A DNA stretch of 64,000 nt, taken from IMG/VR virus record IMGVR_UViG_3300025738_000003. One strand, given 5' to 3'. Made by a program: the position numbers and the translations under genes. The notes under the pieces are model-generated. The model was not told the DNA's origin. It made no database searches and saw only the letters and a list, made by a program, of their open reading frames with translations. Shown here piece by piece: positions 40,299 through 49,968 of this stretch; within the stretch, counting starts at the first letter, position 1, and the number at the start of each line of letters is the position of its first letter. Source of the DNA: an uncultured virus (IMG/VR IMGVR_UViG_3300025738_000003) (lineage: Duplodnaviria; Heunggongvirae; Uroviricota; Caudoviricetes).

Positions 40299-40664
40299 AT
40301 GACACGTAGAACCACAGGCCGCCCCTGCCGTCAATGCCGCATAGGTATTCACTATGGCTCGGGTTATTGCGCTAAGTGTGAGCCAAGTGCTACCACTACC
40401 AAATGGGCACAGCACCACAAAGGTAAGGGCACTACACAGCGCGGCTATGGTAGCGAATGGGAACAAGACAAGAAAATCATCTATCAACGTGACAAAGCAT
40501 TGTGCCAACCCTGTCGGCGCAAAGGCATTGCAACCCAAGCCACACAGGTCGATCACAAGATAGCCAAGGCGAATGGCGGTACAGATGAACACCGCAATTT
40601 AGAGTGCATTTGTACACCTTGCCATGACACTAAAACCGCACAAGATAGACGAACGAGGCGTTAA
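40299..40664 (+). CDS. HNH endonuclease
   Basis: RGYG..W...RD..LCQPC...VDHKI...NL...CTPCH. Confidence 0.92.
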   Translation: MTRRTTGRPCRQCRIGIHYGSGYCAKCEPSATTTKWAQHHKGKGTTQRGYGSEWEQDKKIIYQRDKALCQPCRRKGIATQATQVDHKIAKANGGTDEHRNLECICTPCHDTKTAQDRRTRR

Positions 40665-40668
40665 AACT

Positions 40669-40874
40669 ATGGCTCAACCCTTAACAATCACTATAAAATT
40701 AGCGCTACCTGGTTTCGTTTTTATGTCTTGGGTGTGGTCATTGTGAGCAAATTAACAGGCCGTAAAATAGACCCGCTAAAGCTCAATTACTGGTTAGATA
40801 AAGCATTAACCTTTACTGACGGGCAAGGCAATAAAATAAAAGGCTTAGACAATGATTCACGCATTAACAAGTAG
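40669..40874 (+). pseudogene. Frameshifted small phage gene
   Basis: MAQPLTITIK continues as SATWFRFYVLGVVIVSKLTGRKID... if one A is added in the run near 40695. Confidence 0.5.
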
Positions 40875-40887
40875 CCTTATTCACATA

Positions 40888-40970
40888 GGGGGGGTGGTCA
40901 AATCGCTACAGCCTTTTGCTTCCTGACCGTACCCCCAGGCTTTTTTTTATGTGCGCGCATGAGAAAGTTT
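40888..40970 (+). other. Putative cos region, element 2
   Basis: GGGGGGGTGGTCAAATC...GACCGTACCCCC...T-run, upstream of terS. Confidence 0.55.
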
Positions 40971-41043
40971 TAGATCCTACCAAGATCCTTTAGAAAATAA
41001 CCAAAGTGATTAAGTGTGACGCGTCACAGATAAGGTTTTCATT

Positions 41044-41505
41044 ATGGCACGAAAAGGCGGGCAACAAGCCAAGCCCACGGCACTGAAAAAAGCACAGGGC
41101 AATTTGGGCAAACGAAAATTAAATGAGCGCGAGCCAGAATATCAAACGCTAACGCACATTGACCCGCCAAGTAGCTTGGTTGGTAACATCGCTATTCAGG
41201 CTTGGGAATTTTACATGCCCGAGTTAATCAACAATAAAATTTTAACGGTTGTTGATATTCACAACCTAGAGCAATTTTGTAATTGCATGGATTACATTCA
41301 GCAAATGGATGAAATTCTAAAAGATTCACATTTCATTGTGGGCAAAGCGGGAATGAAAAAACACCCAGCCCACACCATACGCGCTGAGAACTTACGGTTT
41401 TTAGATAAGTTCGGCTCATTGCTTGGGCTTGATCCTAGCAGTCGAGTTGGTTTGATAGGTAAAGATAAAAACCCAGATAAGACAAACCCTTTTTCAAAGT
41501 TTTAA
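41044..41505 (+). CDS. Terminase small subunit
   Basis: KPTALKKAQGN.GKRKLN..EP; LGLDPSSR. Confidence 0.92.
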   Translation: MARKGGQQAKPTALKKAQGNLGKRKLNEREPEYQTLTHIDPPSSLVGNIAIQAWEFYMPELINNKILTVVDIHNLEQFCNCMDYIQQMDEILKDSHFIVGKAGMKKHPAHTIRAENLRFLDKFGSLLGLDPSSRVGLIGKDKNPDKTNPFSKF

Positions 41506-41511
41506 AATTCT

Positions 41512-43239
41512 ATGGCCAGTTACCCTAATGTAAACGCCGCATTTCGTTATGCGCGTGAAGTTGTCGCGGGTAAAATCTTAGTTAATCAATTGGTGCTTGC
41601 TGCTTGCCAACGTCATTTAGACGATATGGAAAGAGCCAAAATGAGGACTAAAGATTTTCCCTATGTCTTTGACAAAGAACTGGCCGAAAGAAACTGTGAA
41701 TTTATTCAATTGTTGCCACACGCTAAAGGTAAGTGGGCCGCAAAAAAAGAACTGATCGTTTTACAACCTTGGCAATTATTCATTCAATGTATGATTTATG
41801 GCTGGGTACATCGCAAAGAAAAAACCCGCCGCTTTCGTACCGTGTATATTGCCGTTCCCAGAAAAAATGGTAAGTCGGTAATTGCAGCCGGAAACGGATT
41901 AGCATTATTTTGTGCTGATGGTGAATACGGTAGCGAGGTTTATTGTGGTGCGACAAATGAGAAACAAGCGTTAGAGGTTTTTCGCCCTGCTAAGGCAATG
42001 GCGAAAAAGACCCCTGAATTATTAGAACACTTTGGCATTGAAGTTAATGCCAAGTCGCTTTTTATCGGTAGTGATGAATCACGCTTTGAACCTGTCATTG
42101 GCGATCCTGCTGATGGTGCAAGCCCACAGTGCTTTATTATTGACGAATACCACGAACACAGAACAAGCGCGATGTTAGATACTGCGCAAACAGGAATGAT
42201 GGCGCGCGATCAGCCGCTTACACTAATTATCACCACTGCTGGTTTCAATGTCGACGGGCCATGTTATCAAATGGAACTTGATATACGTGATCTGCTAGAG
42301 GGTAAGTTACATAACGATCAGCTGTTTGGCATTATTTACGGCCTTGATAAAGACGACGATTGGACAGACCCAATTAACCTGGCGAAAGCTAACCCTAATT
42401 TTGGCGTGTCTATTAACGCACAAACGTTAATGCAAGATCACAAGCAAGCAGTACAACTGGCCCATAAAGCCAACGCCTTTAAAACCAAGCATTTTAATAT
42501 TTGGGTTGCTGCCGCGAATGCCTTTTTTAATATGCAGCACTGGAACCAAGGAAAAGACCCTGATTTAGATGCTAGCGCCTTTTGTTATGACGATGCTTGG
42601 TTTTGTTTAGATTTAGCGAGCAAAATTGATATAGCCGCGTTTATTCGTGTCTTTGTTCGTCACATTGATGGGGTTATTCATTACTACATTTTTTCACGGT
42701 TCTATATTCCTTATGACACCGCCCATGATACTGAACACCCAAGTTATGATTTATATCAAGAGTGGATAAAGTCTGGTGAATTAGAAGTAACCGGCGATGC
42801 CGAAATTGATTTTAATGCCATCGAAAAAGATGTAGTGCATTTTTCCGAGGGTTGCCAAGTTCGAGAAATACCACACGATCAGTGGAACGCTTTGCAAATG
42901 GCCAGTTCTTTGGCTGCACAAGGTTTTACCCCTGTTGCCGTACCACAAACCGCGCCGCATTTTTCCCCTGCCATGAAAGAAATGGAAGCGGCTCTTGCTG
43001 CCGGTAGGGTACACCATAGCGGTAATCGTGTTTTAACTTGGATGGTTGGCAACGTAACCAGCCATGAAGATTGGAACGGTAATCACTTTCCACGAAAAGA
43101 AACTAAAACCAGCACGCGAAAAATTGACGGGGCAGTAGCCGCCATCATGGGCATAGGCCGAGCGATGCACGACCAAGGCGATTACTCTATTTATGACGAT
43201 CCCAACTACGACCCAAGCGAAGCGAGCCTTGACGATTAA
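41512..43239 (+). CDS. Terminase large subunit
   Basis: [22 protein letters not shown]. Confidence 0.97.
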   Translation: MASYPNVNAAFRYAREVVAGKILVNQLVLAACQRHLDDMERAKMRTKDFPYVFDKELAERNCEFIQLLPHAKGKWAAKKELIVLQPWQLFIQCMIYGWVHRKEKTRRFRTVYIAVPRKNGKSVIAAGNGLALFCADGEYGSEVYCGATNEKQALEVFRPAKAMAKKTPELLEHFGIEVNAKSLFIGSDESRFEPVIGDPADGASPQCFIIDEYHEHRTSAMLDTAQTGMMARDQPLTLIITTAGFNVDGPCYQMELDIRDLLEGKLHNDQLFGIIYGLDKDDDWTDPINLAKANPNFGVSINAQTLMQDHKQAVQLAHKANAFKTKHFNIWVAAANAFFNMQHWNQGKDPDLDASAFCYDDAWFCLDLASKIDIAAFIRVFVRHIDGVIHYYIFSRFYIPYDTAHDTEHPSYDLYQEWIKSGELEVTGDAEIDFNAIEKDVVHFSEGCQVREIPHDQWNALQMASSLAAQGFTPVAVPQTAPHFSPAMKEMEAALAAGRVHHSGNRVLTWMVGNVTSHEDWNGNHFPRKETKTSTRKIDGAVAAIMGIGRAMHDQGDYSIYDDPNYDPSEASLDD

Positions 43240-43399
43240 CATCGTTTTTATTTTAGGGTTTATCGCGTTAACAGCGGGTTTATATTTACATTACGGCTTA
43301 GCCATTACGTTGATAACCACAGGCTGTTTACTGCTTGTCTTGGCTTTGGCGGCAGTGCTTAAACCAACGAAAATCATTATCAATAAGCAAGGCGCTTAA
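43229..43399 (+). CDS. Small 2-TM protein
   Basis: Hydrophobic ORF between terL and portal. Confidence 0.65.
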   Translation: MTINIVFILGFIALTAGLYLHYGLAITLITTGCLLLVLALAAVLKPTKIIINKQGA

Positions 43400-43400
43400 C

Positions 43401-44690
43401 ATGTTAACGAATTTATTTGAAAGCCGATCTACTCTAAGTTCTAGTTATCCGGCAGTGCTTGAACTCTTTGGCCTAGCTAACACCGAGGCAGGGGTTGCGG
43501 TGACTGAAAACAACGCCTTAAAACTTAGCGCGGTATACAGTTGTTTTTATGTGCTGTCTTCCTCGCTTGCTCAATTACCTTTGCACGTATTAAGAAAAAC
43601 AAAAGACAGTCGCGGCAAAGAGCTTATAGAAAGAGCCAGTGATCACCCCGTCTTTCATTTGCTGCACGACGAGCCAAACATGTGGCAAACCAGTTATGAA
43701 TGGCGCGAAAGTAAAATGTATCAAACCCTTGCGTGGGGTAATGGTTTTACTGAAATTATTCGTCGTAGAAATGGCGAAATAATGGAGCTTGATCACCTCG
43801 ACACATGGAATATATCACCGCCCGAAAGAGGCACCGCCTCAAATAAATGGCTCTATCCCTTATGGGATGAAGACGGCAAAAAAAATCGCGCTATTCGTCC
43901 TGAGAACATGTTGCACATTAAAGCGCTCACAGGTAATAAAAAATGGGGTGTTAGCCCTATACGCCAACACGCCGACACCATCGGACTTGGTTTGGCTGCG
44001 CAAAAATATGGTAGCCAGTTCTTTGGCTCGGGTGGTCGTCCAAGTGGCATATTAATCAATAAATCAGGCGGTCAACGTGGCGATGGTCAGAACAATTTAA
44101 AAGAAGCTTGGAAAGCTGGTGGTATAGGTAAAGGCGGTGGCCGTACTGCGGTATTACATGGTGATGTGCAATACCAAGCCATTACCATTAGCCCAGAAGA
44201 GGCGCAATTTTTAGAAACCCGCAAAATGACCCGATCAGAAATCGCCGGTATTTTTAACGTGCCCGCGCACATGATTAACGATTTAGACAAAGCCACCTTT
44301 TCAAATATCACCCAACAATCAATACAATTTGTTCGTCACACTATGGTTCCTTGGGTGGTTAAGTATGAACAAGAATTAAACCGAAAATTATTTACTACCG
44401 CTGAACGCTTAGCGGGTTATTACGTTAAATTTAATTTAGCCGGTTTATTGCGCGGTACACCAAAAGAGCGCGCCGAATTTTATCACTATGGCATTACTGA
44501 TGGCTGGATGGATAGAAACGAAGCAAGAGCGTTTGAAGAAATGAATCAACGCGATGGCTTAGACCAGCTATTAATTAGCGTCAACGCTAAACACCCTGAT
44601 CAACTTATCGAAGACGGCAAACCAGACGATAAGACCGAAGACACACCCAACAATAACCCCGAAGATAAAGGCGCAAGTGATGAAACATAA
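43401..44690 (+). CDS. Portal protein (HK97 family)
   Basis: SAVYSC...LAQLPL, GVSPI, EAQFLETR, GLLRG. Confidence 0.95.
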   Translation: MLTNLFESRSTLSSSYPAVLELFGLANTEAGVAVTENNALKLSAVYSCFYVLSSSLAQLPLHVLRKTKDSRGKELIERASDHPVFHLLHDEPNMWQTSYEWRESKMYQTLAWGNGFTEIIRRRNGEIMELDHLDTWNISPPERGTASNKWLYPLWDEDGKKNRAIRPENMLHIKALTGNKKWGVSPIRQHADTIGLGLAAQKYGSQFFGSGGRPSGILINKSGGQRGDGQNNLKEAWKAGGIGKGGGRTAVLHGDVQYQAITISPEEAQFLETRKMTRSEIAGIFNVPAHMINDLDKATFSNITQQSIQFVRHTMVPWVVKYEQELNRKLFTTAERLAGYYVKFNLAGLLRGTPKERAEFYHYGITDGWMDRNEARAFEEMNQRDGLDQLLISVNAKHPDQLIEDGKPDDKTEDTPNNNPEDKGASDET

Positions 44691-45303
44691 AATTGCTCAA
44701 GGCGAACAAGAAACCCGTATTTTTAGCGCCGAAGTGCGTGCCTATACCCCAGAGGGTGAAAGCCTCCCACACTTAACGGGTTATGGCGCAATGTTTAATA
44801 GTCGCTCTGAAAATTTAGGCGGCTTTCGTGAAATCATCAAAGAGGGCGCTTTTGATGAAGTGATAGATCAAGACGTTCGCGGCTTTTTCAATCACGATCC
44901 TAACTATATGCTTGGCCGTACAGCGTCCGGCACCATGACATTAACCATTGATGCTCGCGGCTTACATTATGATATTACCCCGCCTGATAGCCAAACCATA
45001 CGCGATTTAGTGTTAACACCCATGGAACGTGGCGATATTAATCAATCATCATTTACCTTTATTGTTGCCCGTGATGGTGATCGCTGGTACGAAGACGAAG
45101 AGGGCATAATTATTAGAGAAATAAGCAAAATATCACGCTTGCTCGATGTTAGCCCCGTATCTATCCCCGCCTACCCAGATACCACAGCAGCAAGTCGCGG
45201 CTTTGGTGATTTTGAAAAAAACAAACAAGCCATGACTGACGGCCTTGAGGGCCAAGAGCAAAGACAACGAAGACAAAGACAATTGTTTCTTATTAATAAA
45301 TAA
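44677..45303 (+). CDS. HK97-type prohead protease
   Basis: GYGAMFN, FNHD, LGRT, QSSFTF, DVSPVSIPAY. Confidence 0.95.
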   Translation: MMKHKIAQGEQETRIFSAEVRAYTPEGESLPHLTGYGAMFNSRSENLGGFREIIKEGAFDEVIDQDVRGFFNHDPNYMLGRTASGTMTLTIDARGLHYDITPPDSQTIRDLVLTPMERGDINQSSFTFIVARDGDRWYEDEEGIIIREISKISRLLDVSPVSIPAYPDTTAASRGFGDFEKNKQAMTDGLEGQEQRQRRQRQLFLINK

Positions 45304-45393
45304 ATTTTAACAGCACCACCAAGCAAACCCCATGCCCGCATTTTCATATGAGAATACGGGTTTTTTTATACCTGTATTAAAGGAAAGTTAACT

Positions 45394-46602
45394 ATGGCTT
45401 TATTAAAAGATAAAGTAGAAAAACGCAATCTTATCGCAAAGCAAATGCGTAGTTTAAATGATGAAATTGGCGATAAAAAATGGACTCCTGATCAAGAAAA
45501 ACGTTGGGGTAACATGCAGCAAGAGCATGAAGATATTGATCAAGCAATTGTCCGTGAAGAACGTTTATTAAAGTTAGATGAAAACTCACTTGATACTAAC
45601 GAGCCTGAACAACGCAATTTAGCCGGTGATCTTGACTCAGTAGAGCAGCGCAGTTCTAACGCCTTTGAAAAAGGCATCCGTTATGGCTTTGAAAGCTTAG
45701 ACACGGAAGAACGTAAGCTAGTTATTGAAGCACGCGCACAAAGTGTTGGCACTGACTCAAAGGGCGGTTTTACTGCACCAACACAATTTAGAAATCAAGT
45801 GTCGGATGCCATGAAAGCCTTTGGTGGTCTTGCTCAAATTGCCACTATTTTAAATACTGACAGTGGTAATAATATTTCATGGCCGGTAAGTGACGGCACC
45901 AGTGAAATGGGCGTCATGATTGCTGAAAACGCCCAAGCGGGTGAAGAAGATGCAGAATTTAGCGAAGAAACATTAGGCGCTAAAAAAATGACCTCAAAAA
46001 TCATTCGTGTCTCTAATGAATTATTAACCGACAGCGGTGTTGATATTGGCGCGTATTTATCACGCCGTATTGGTCAACGTATTGGCCGTGGAGAAGCGAA
46101 TCAGCTAATTAACGGTAGTGGCACAGGTAACAGCATTAACGGTTTATTAAACCAAGCTAATGTCGGCCATACTGCCGCCGGTACTGGCGCATTAACGTGG
46201 GAAGAGTTCCTTACCCTTAAACACAGTGTTGATCCTGCTTATCGTGCGGGCCTTGCGCATTGGTTATTTAATGACACTACCTTATTAAGCCTTAAAACCA
46301 TGAAAGATGGCCAAGGCCGACCGCTTTGGATGCCGTCTGTTGCTGGCCTTACTCCGGCAACGATTGATAACGATGCGTATCAAATCGATCAGGGTATGCC
46401 GTCTATTGGTGCGGGTAATGTGCCTGTTGCTTACGGTGATTTTAAGGCGGTGCAAGTTCGCCGCGTTAAAGCGATGGGTATCAAACGTTTATTAGAGAAA
46501 TACGCCGAGTTTGATCAGGTTGGCTTCTTGGCATTTCATCGTTTTGATATGGTGCTTGAAGATTTAGGCGCAGTTAAAACAATGAAAAACGCCGCTGCTT
46601 AA
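45394..46602 (+). CDS. Major capsid protein (HK97 family)
   Basis: GGFTAP, IRVSNELL.DS, KDGQGRPLW. Confidence 0.95.
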   Translation: MALLKDKVEKRNLIAKQMRSLNDEIGDKKWTPDQEKRWGNMQQEHEDIDQAIVREERLLKLDENSLDTNEPEQRNLAGDLDSVEQRSSNAFEKGIRYGFESLDTEERKLVIEARAQSVGTDSKGGFTAPTQFRNQVSDAMKAFGGLAQIATILNTDSGNNISWPVSDGTSEMGVMIAENAQAGEEDAEFSEETLGAKKMTSKIIRVSNELLTDSGVDIGAYLSRRIGQRIGRGEANQLINGSGTGNSINGLLNQANVGHTAAGTGALTWEEFLTLKHSVDPAYRAGLAHWLFNDTTLLSLKTMKDGQGRPLWMPSVAGLTPATIDNDAYQIDQGMPSIGAGNVPVAYGDFKAVQVRRVKAMGIKRLLEKYAEFDQVGFLAFHRFDMVLEDLGAVKTMKNAAA

Positions 46603-46671
46603 TCAATCGTAGCAAGTAACATTTTTAGCCGCTATTTTATCAAATAGCGGCTTTTTATTGGAGTATACCCC

Positions 46672-47181
46672 ATGAGTGAGAAACAAATTTTAGTGGTATT
46701 AACTACGTGCTTGGCCACGGGCCTTGGTAGTTTTGGTGTCGGTGATAGTTTCCCCTGTAAAAGTGAAGACGAAGCCAAACGCATGGTTGATGCAGGGCAA
46801 GCAACATACCCCAGCACTGAACATGTATCACAAGCAGAGTTCAACGCGTTGCAATTGGTTAATCAGGGCTTAGTAACTGACTTAGCCGCCGCTAATGAAA
46901 AGCTAACCTTGTCAGGTGAAGTGCCAGGCGAATTACCCGCCGAAGTAAAACAGAAAATTAGCGATCTTGAATTACAACTTGTTAGCGCTAATGAACAATT
47001 GAAACAGCCAACGACTTTACCTGTAGAAGTTGAAGATCAAATAAATAAATTAACCACCGAGTTAACATCATCGAATAAAGAAAAAGAAGAGTTAGAAAAA
47101 AACTTAGAAGCAGCAAGTAAAAATATTATTGCTATCAATAAAAAGTTAAAAGCGGCAGAAACCAAGCTAAAGGCTAAGTAA
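46672..47181 (+). CDS. Capsid-adjacent coiled-coil protein with internal repeats
   Basis: EAKRMVDAGQA N-domain; LP.EV...I..L...L.S.N repeated. Confidence 0.65.
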   Translation: MSEKQILVVLTTCLATGLGSFGVGDSFPCKSEDEAKRMVDAGQATYPSTEHVSQAEFNALQLVNQGLVTDLAAANEKLTLSGEVPGELPAEVKQKISDLELQLVSANEQLKQPTTLPVEVEDQINKLTTELTSSNKEKEELEKNLEAASKNIIAINKKLKAAETKLKAK

Positions 47182-47183
47182 TC

Positions 47184-47531
47184 ATGTTATTGACGTTACC
47201 AGTAATCAAACAGCAGTGCCGTATTAATCCAGATGATGATAGCCGCGATGCCTTATTAACGGTTTATGGCAATTCAGCCAAAAAAACCATTGAGAATAAA
47301 ACCGGCCGTAAATTGTTTGCGTTAAAAACGGAAATACCAGCGGAAAATGGTTGGTATGCGTCAATAGATGATTGCCCTGATCTTATGTTAGCTATGTTGT
47401 TATTGGTAACGCATTATAACGACAATCCAAGCGCCACGACTGAAAGCACTACGCGAACATTGCCGTTTTCAGTAAAAGACTTGGTTTCGCCTTACATCGT
47501 CTGTGATTCATCAATACTACCAGACGCTTAA
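47184..47531 (+). CDS. Head-tail connector
   Basis: IKQQCRI...LAMLLLVTHYND. Confidence 0.88.
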   Translation: MLLTLPVIKQQCRINPDDDSRDALLTVYGNSAKKTIENKTGRKLFALKTEIPAENGWYASIDDCPDLMLAMLLLVTHYNDNPSATTESTTRTLPFSVKDLVSPYIVCDSSILPDA

Positions 47532-47603
47532 AGTAAATAATTAGTAAATCATTAGTATGTATATTTTATTTCTTTTTGCATATTATTTTTAATGGATTAA
47601 CGC

Positions 47604-47915
47604 ATGATTTTAGCAAAAGACTTAAAACATATCGGCTTAATAAAAGCGCCGACTAGTTACAATGTCACTGGCCAAGCTATTGGTTGGGAAACTCAGTTTT
47701 CTTTATATTTTGGCATTGATAATGAAGCCGTTAGCGAAGCGGATCAAAGTAATAACAGCGGTAATCAAAAAACGCTGTCTTTGTTCACCCGTTATGATGT
47801 CCGGATTCAAAACGCACAGGTTATTTTTGCTAACGGACACAGTTATAAAATAAGCCAGCTTGATAATGTCGAGCTAGCAAATCGCCGTTTAAATTTCACC
47901 GCCACACCGCTTTAA
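47604..47915 (+). CDS. Head closure protein
   Basis: Position; TRYD...GHSYKI. Confidence 0.75.
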   Translation: MILAKDLKHIGLIKAPTSYNVTGQAIGWETQFSLYFGIDNEAVSEADQSNNSGNQKTLSLFTRYDVRIQNAQVIFANGHSYKISQLDNVELANRRLNFTATPL

Positions 47916-47935
47916 TTACTCACTAAAGGTTATTT

Positions 47936-48361
47936 ATGATCTCTTCTTCAATGAATGTTAAGGGATTGGCCGAGTTAGACAAAGCACTGGCTAAAATTGG
48001 GGCTGTTGCCGGTGGTCGTGCCTTGGTTGCTGCGCTAAAAGATGCAGCCGAGCCGGTACATTCTCACATGGTAGCCAATGCCCCCGAAGATTCAGGCGAT
48101 TTAAAAGCTAGAATTAAAAAACGTGCTAAAAAAGGAAAAGGCGGGGGTAAAACCAGTGCCAAGGTTAGTGTAGGTACTGCAAAAGTTGATTTTTACGGCG
48201 CAATATCTAACGAATTTGGCCGTCCTGACAGGCCACCAAAACCCTTTATTCGCTTAGCATTAGAGAAAAACTGGCGCAAATCAGCGTCTATTTTCAGCTA
48301 CGCATTAAAAAAACGTATTCAACAACAAGCCAAGCGCTTAGCCAAGCAAGCCGCAAAATAA
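47936..48361 (+). CDS. HK97 gp10-like protein
   Basis: VKGLAEL...APEDSGDL...EFG...PKPFIR. Confidence 0.9.
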   Translation: MISSSMNVKGLAELDKALAKIGAVAGGRALVAALKDAAEPVHSHMVANAPEDSGDLKARIKKRAKKGKGGGKTSAKVSVGTAKVDFYGAISNEFGRPDRPPKPFIRLALEKNWRKSASIFSYALKKRIQQQAKRLAKQAAK

Positions 48362-48403
48362 CTAACCATTCATTTTAATGACTAACAAAACAAGAGCGAC
48401 TTT

Positions 48404-48781
48404 ATGATCGAGCTAACCGTGAGCCTGTGGTTAAGACAGCTTGCCGCTATGGTGGCTGTAGTGCCCAATATTTACGCCATGACTTTGCCCAAAACAGATA
48501 TTTACCCTGTGTTAAAAGTATCACGGTTAAATACTGAATTTGACCAAACCTTTGACGGCCTAAGCGGTGAAGAAACCGCCATTATACAAGTTGATTATTG
48601 GGCTAACACCACCGACGAAATAACAGCCATTAAAAAAGAGCTCACCACGTTTTTTAATACCTTGTCAGTTAATCAAGACAAGGTATTAAGCGTGCATAAT
48701 TTGCGCGAACAGCCCAGCTTTGAACCGAAAGAAAACGTTTTTAAACAAACCCTCGAACTAACTATAATTTATAAGGAATAA
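48404..48781 (+). CDS. Tail terminator (DUF3168-like)
   Basis: IYAMTLP...IQVDYWA. Confidence 0.8.
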   Translation: MIELTVSLWLRQLAAMVAVVPNIYAMTLPKTDIYPVLKVSRLNTEFDQTFDGLSGEETAIIQVDYWANTTDEITAIKKELTTFFNTLSVNQDKVLSVHNLREQPSFEPKENVFKQTLELTIIYKE

Positions 48782-48785
48782 AGAC

Positions 48786-49202
48786 ATGATAGGCGATAAA
48801 ACTAAATTACTACGCGGTGACGGTGCCGATCCTGAAGTATTCACCGAAGTAGCCAGTATTGTTGATTTTGGCGATTTAACTATCAGCCGCGCTATGAACT
48901 CAAGCCCGCCAACGTTTGACAGTCCTGACGGTTACGAAACGGTAACGCCAGGTGCTAAAAAAGTAGAGCCGCTAGAGATAAAAGTTAAGTATAAAAAAGA
49001 TGAAGATGTTGCCGCGCAAGTCAAAGCTGATTTTGAAAGTGACAAGCCAACAAATTATCAAATTCATTGGCCTGACACCCCGCCAACCAAAAAACAAATG
49101 TCAGCGTTTGTTAACCAAATTGTTATGGCTACCCCTCAAAATGAAGACGTAACCGAAACCTTTACTTTCACGCCTACGGGCAAAGTTATAGACGTTGTAT
49201 AA
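48786..49202 (+). CDS. Major tail protein
   Basis: RGDGADPEVFT...YQIHWPD...TG. Confidence 0.85.
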   Translation: MIGDKTKLLRGDGADPEVFTEVASIVDFGDLTISRAMNSSPPTFDSPDGYETVTPGAKKVEPLEIKVKYKKDEDVAAQVKADFESDKPTNYQIHWPDTPPTKKQMSAFVNQIVMATPQNEDVTETFTFTPTGKVIDVV

Positions 49203-49210
49203 GGATAATT

Positions 49211-49633
49211 ATGGCAGATAAACAATTAAATACTGCGCAAGCCTTACTTGCGCATATTGGCCTTAAAACTAAGGATTTTCCGATTTTTGGCGCAATGATT
49301 TTAGTAAAGCAATGGACAGCAAGCGAGCGCCTTAAATACATGGGCTTTATTAGTAATACTGAGGTTGATCTCGATGATGAAATTTCGATAGTACGACCGC
49401 AAGCCAATATTTTTGCCTTGTCGTTAGTCAATAAAAATGGCGAGCCGTTATTTAAGGCTAAATGGCAAGATAACCAACCCGTTTTTGATGATCCTAAAGC
49501 AATTGAAACCTTTTTACAAAATCGCACCGCCGAAACCTCAGCGGCGTTTATTGCCATAGCAAAGTTTAACGGCATTTACTTTGGTGATCCCGAAGACGAG
49601 AAAGACAAAGAGGATACAGCAGTAAAAAACTAA
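49211..49633 (+). CDS. Tail assembly chaperone (G)
   Basis: Ends in VKN with slippery A AAA AAC. Confidence 0.82.
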   Translation: MADKQLNTAQALLAHIGLKTKDFPIFGAMILVKQWTASERLKYMGFISNTEVDLDDEISIVRPQANIFALSLVNKNGEPLFKAKWQDNQPVFDDPKAIETFLQNRTAETSAAFIAIAKFNGIYFGDPEDEKDKEDTAVKN

Positions 49634-49935
49634 AAGCGCAGCCCGAGCGATTGTTTGCAATGCACCTCGCTTTGGCTGCGGGAAACTTAAACGTTAATGA
49701 AGTGCTCGATAATATGTCGAGTGAACAATTCAGTGAGTGGCAAGCGTTTGCCCGCATTTACCCCTTTGGCCCAAGTGCTGAAACAGAACGTTTTGCCATT
49801 CAACAAGCAAACACACTCAACGCCCCGCATTTTTCCACTAAAAAAGTGCGTTTAGCCACTGAGTTTATACCCACCTTTAAACCGAAAAAGAAAACCGTAA
49901 AACAACAAATAGCCATGTTTAATCGCTTGGGCTAA
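49630..49935 (+). CDS. Tail chaperone T segment (-1 frameshift product)
   Basis: The -1 frame is open from 49630; MSSEQFSEWQAF...PFG. Confidence 0.82.
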   Translation, partial: LKAQPERLFAMHLALAAGNLNVNEVLDNMSSEQFSEWQAFARIYPFGPSAETERFAIQQANTLNAPHFSTKKVRLATEFIPTFKPKKKTVKQQIAMFNRLG

Positions 49936-49968
49936 ATCTTGCCACCTCTACTTTATAAGTGAAAAACC

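Noticed and set aside
41015..41028. TGTGACGCGTCACA as a CRP site
   Set aside because: Spacer is 4 bp rather than 6; more likely part of the packaging region
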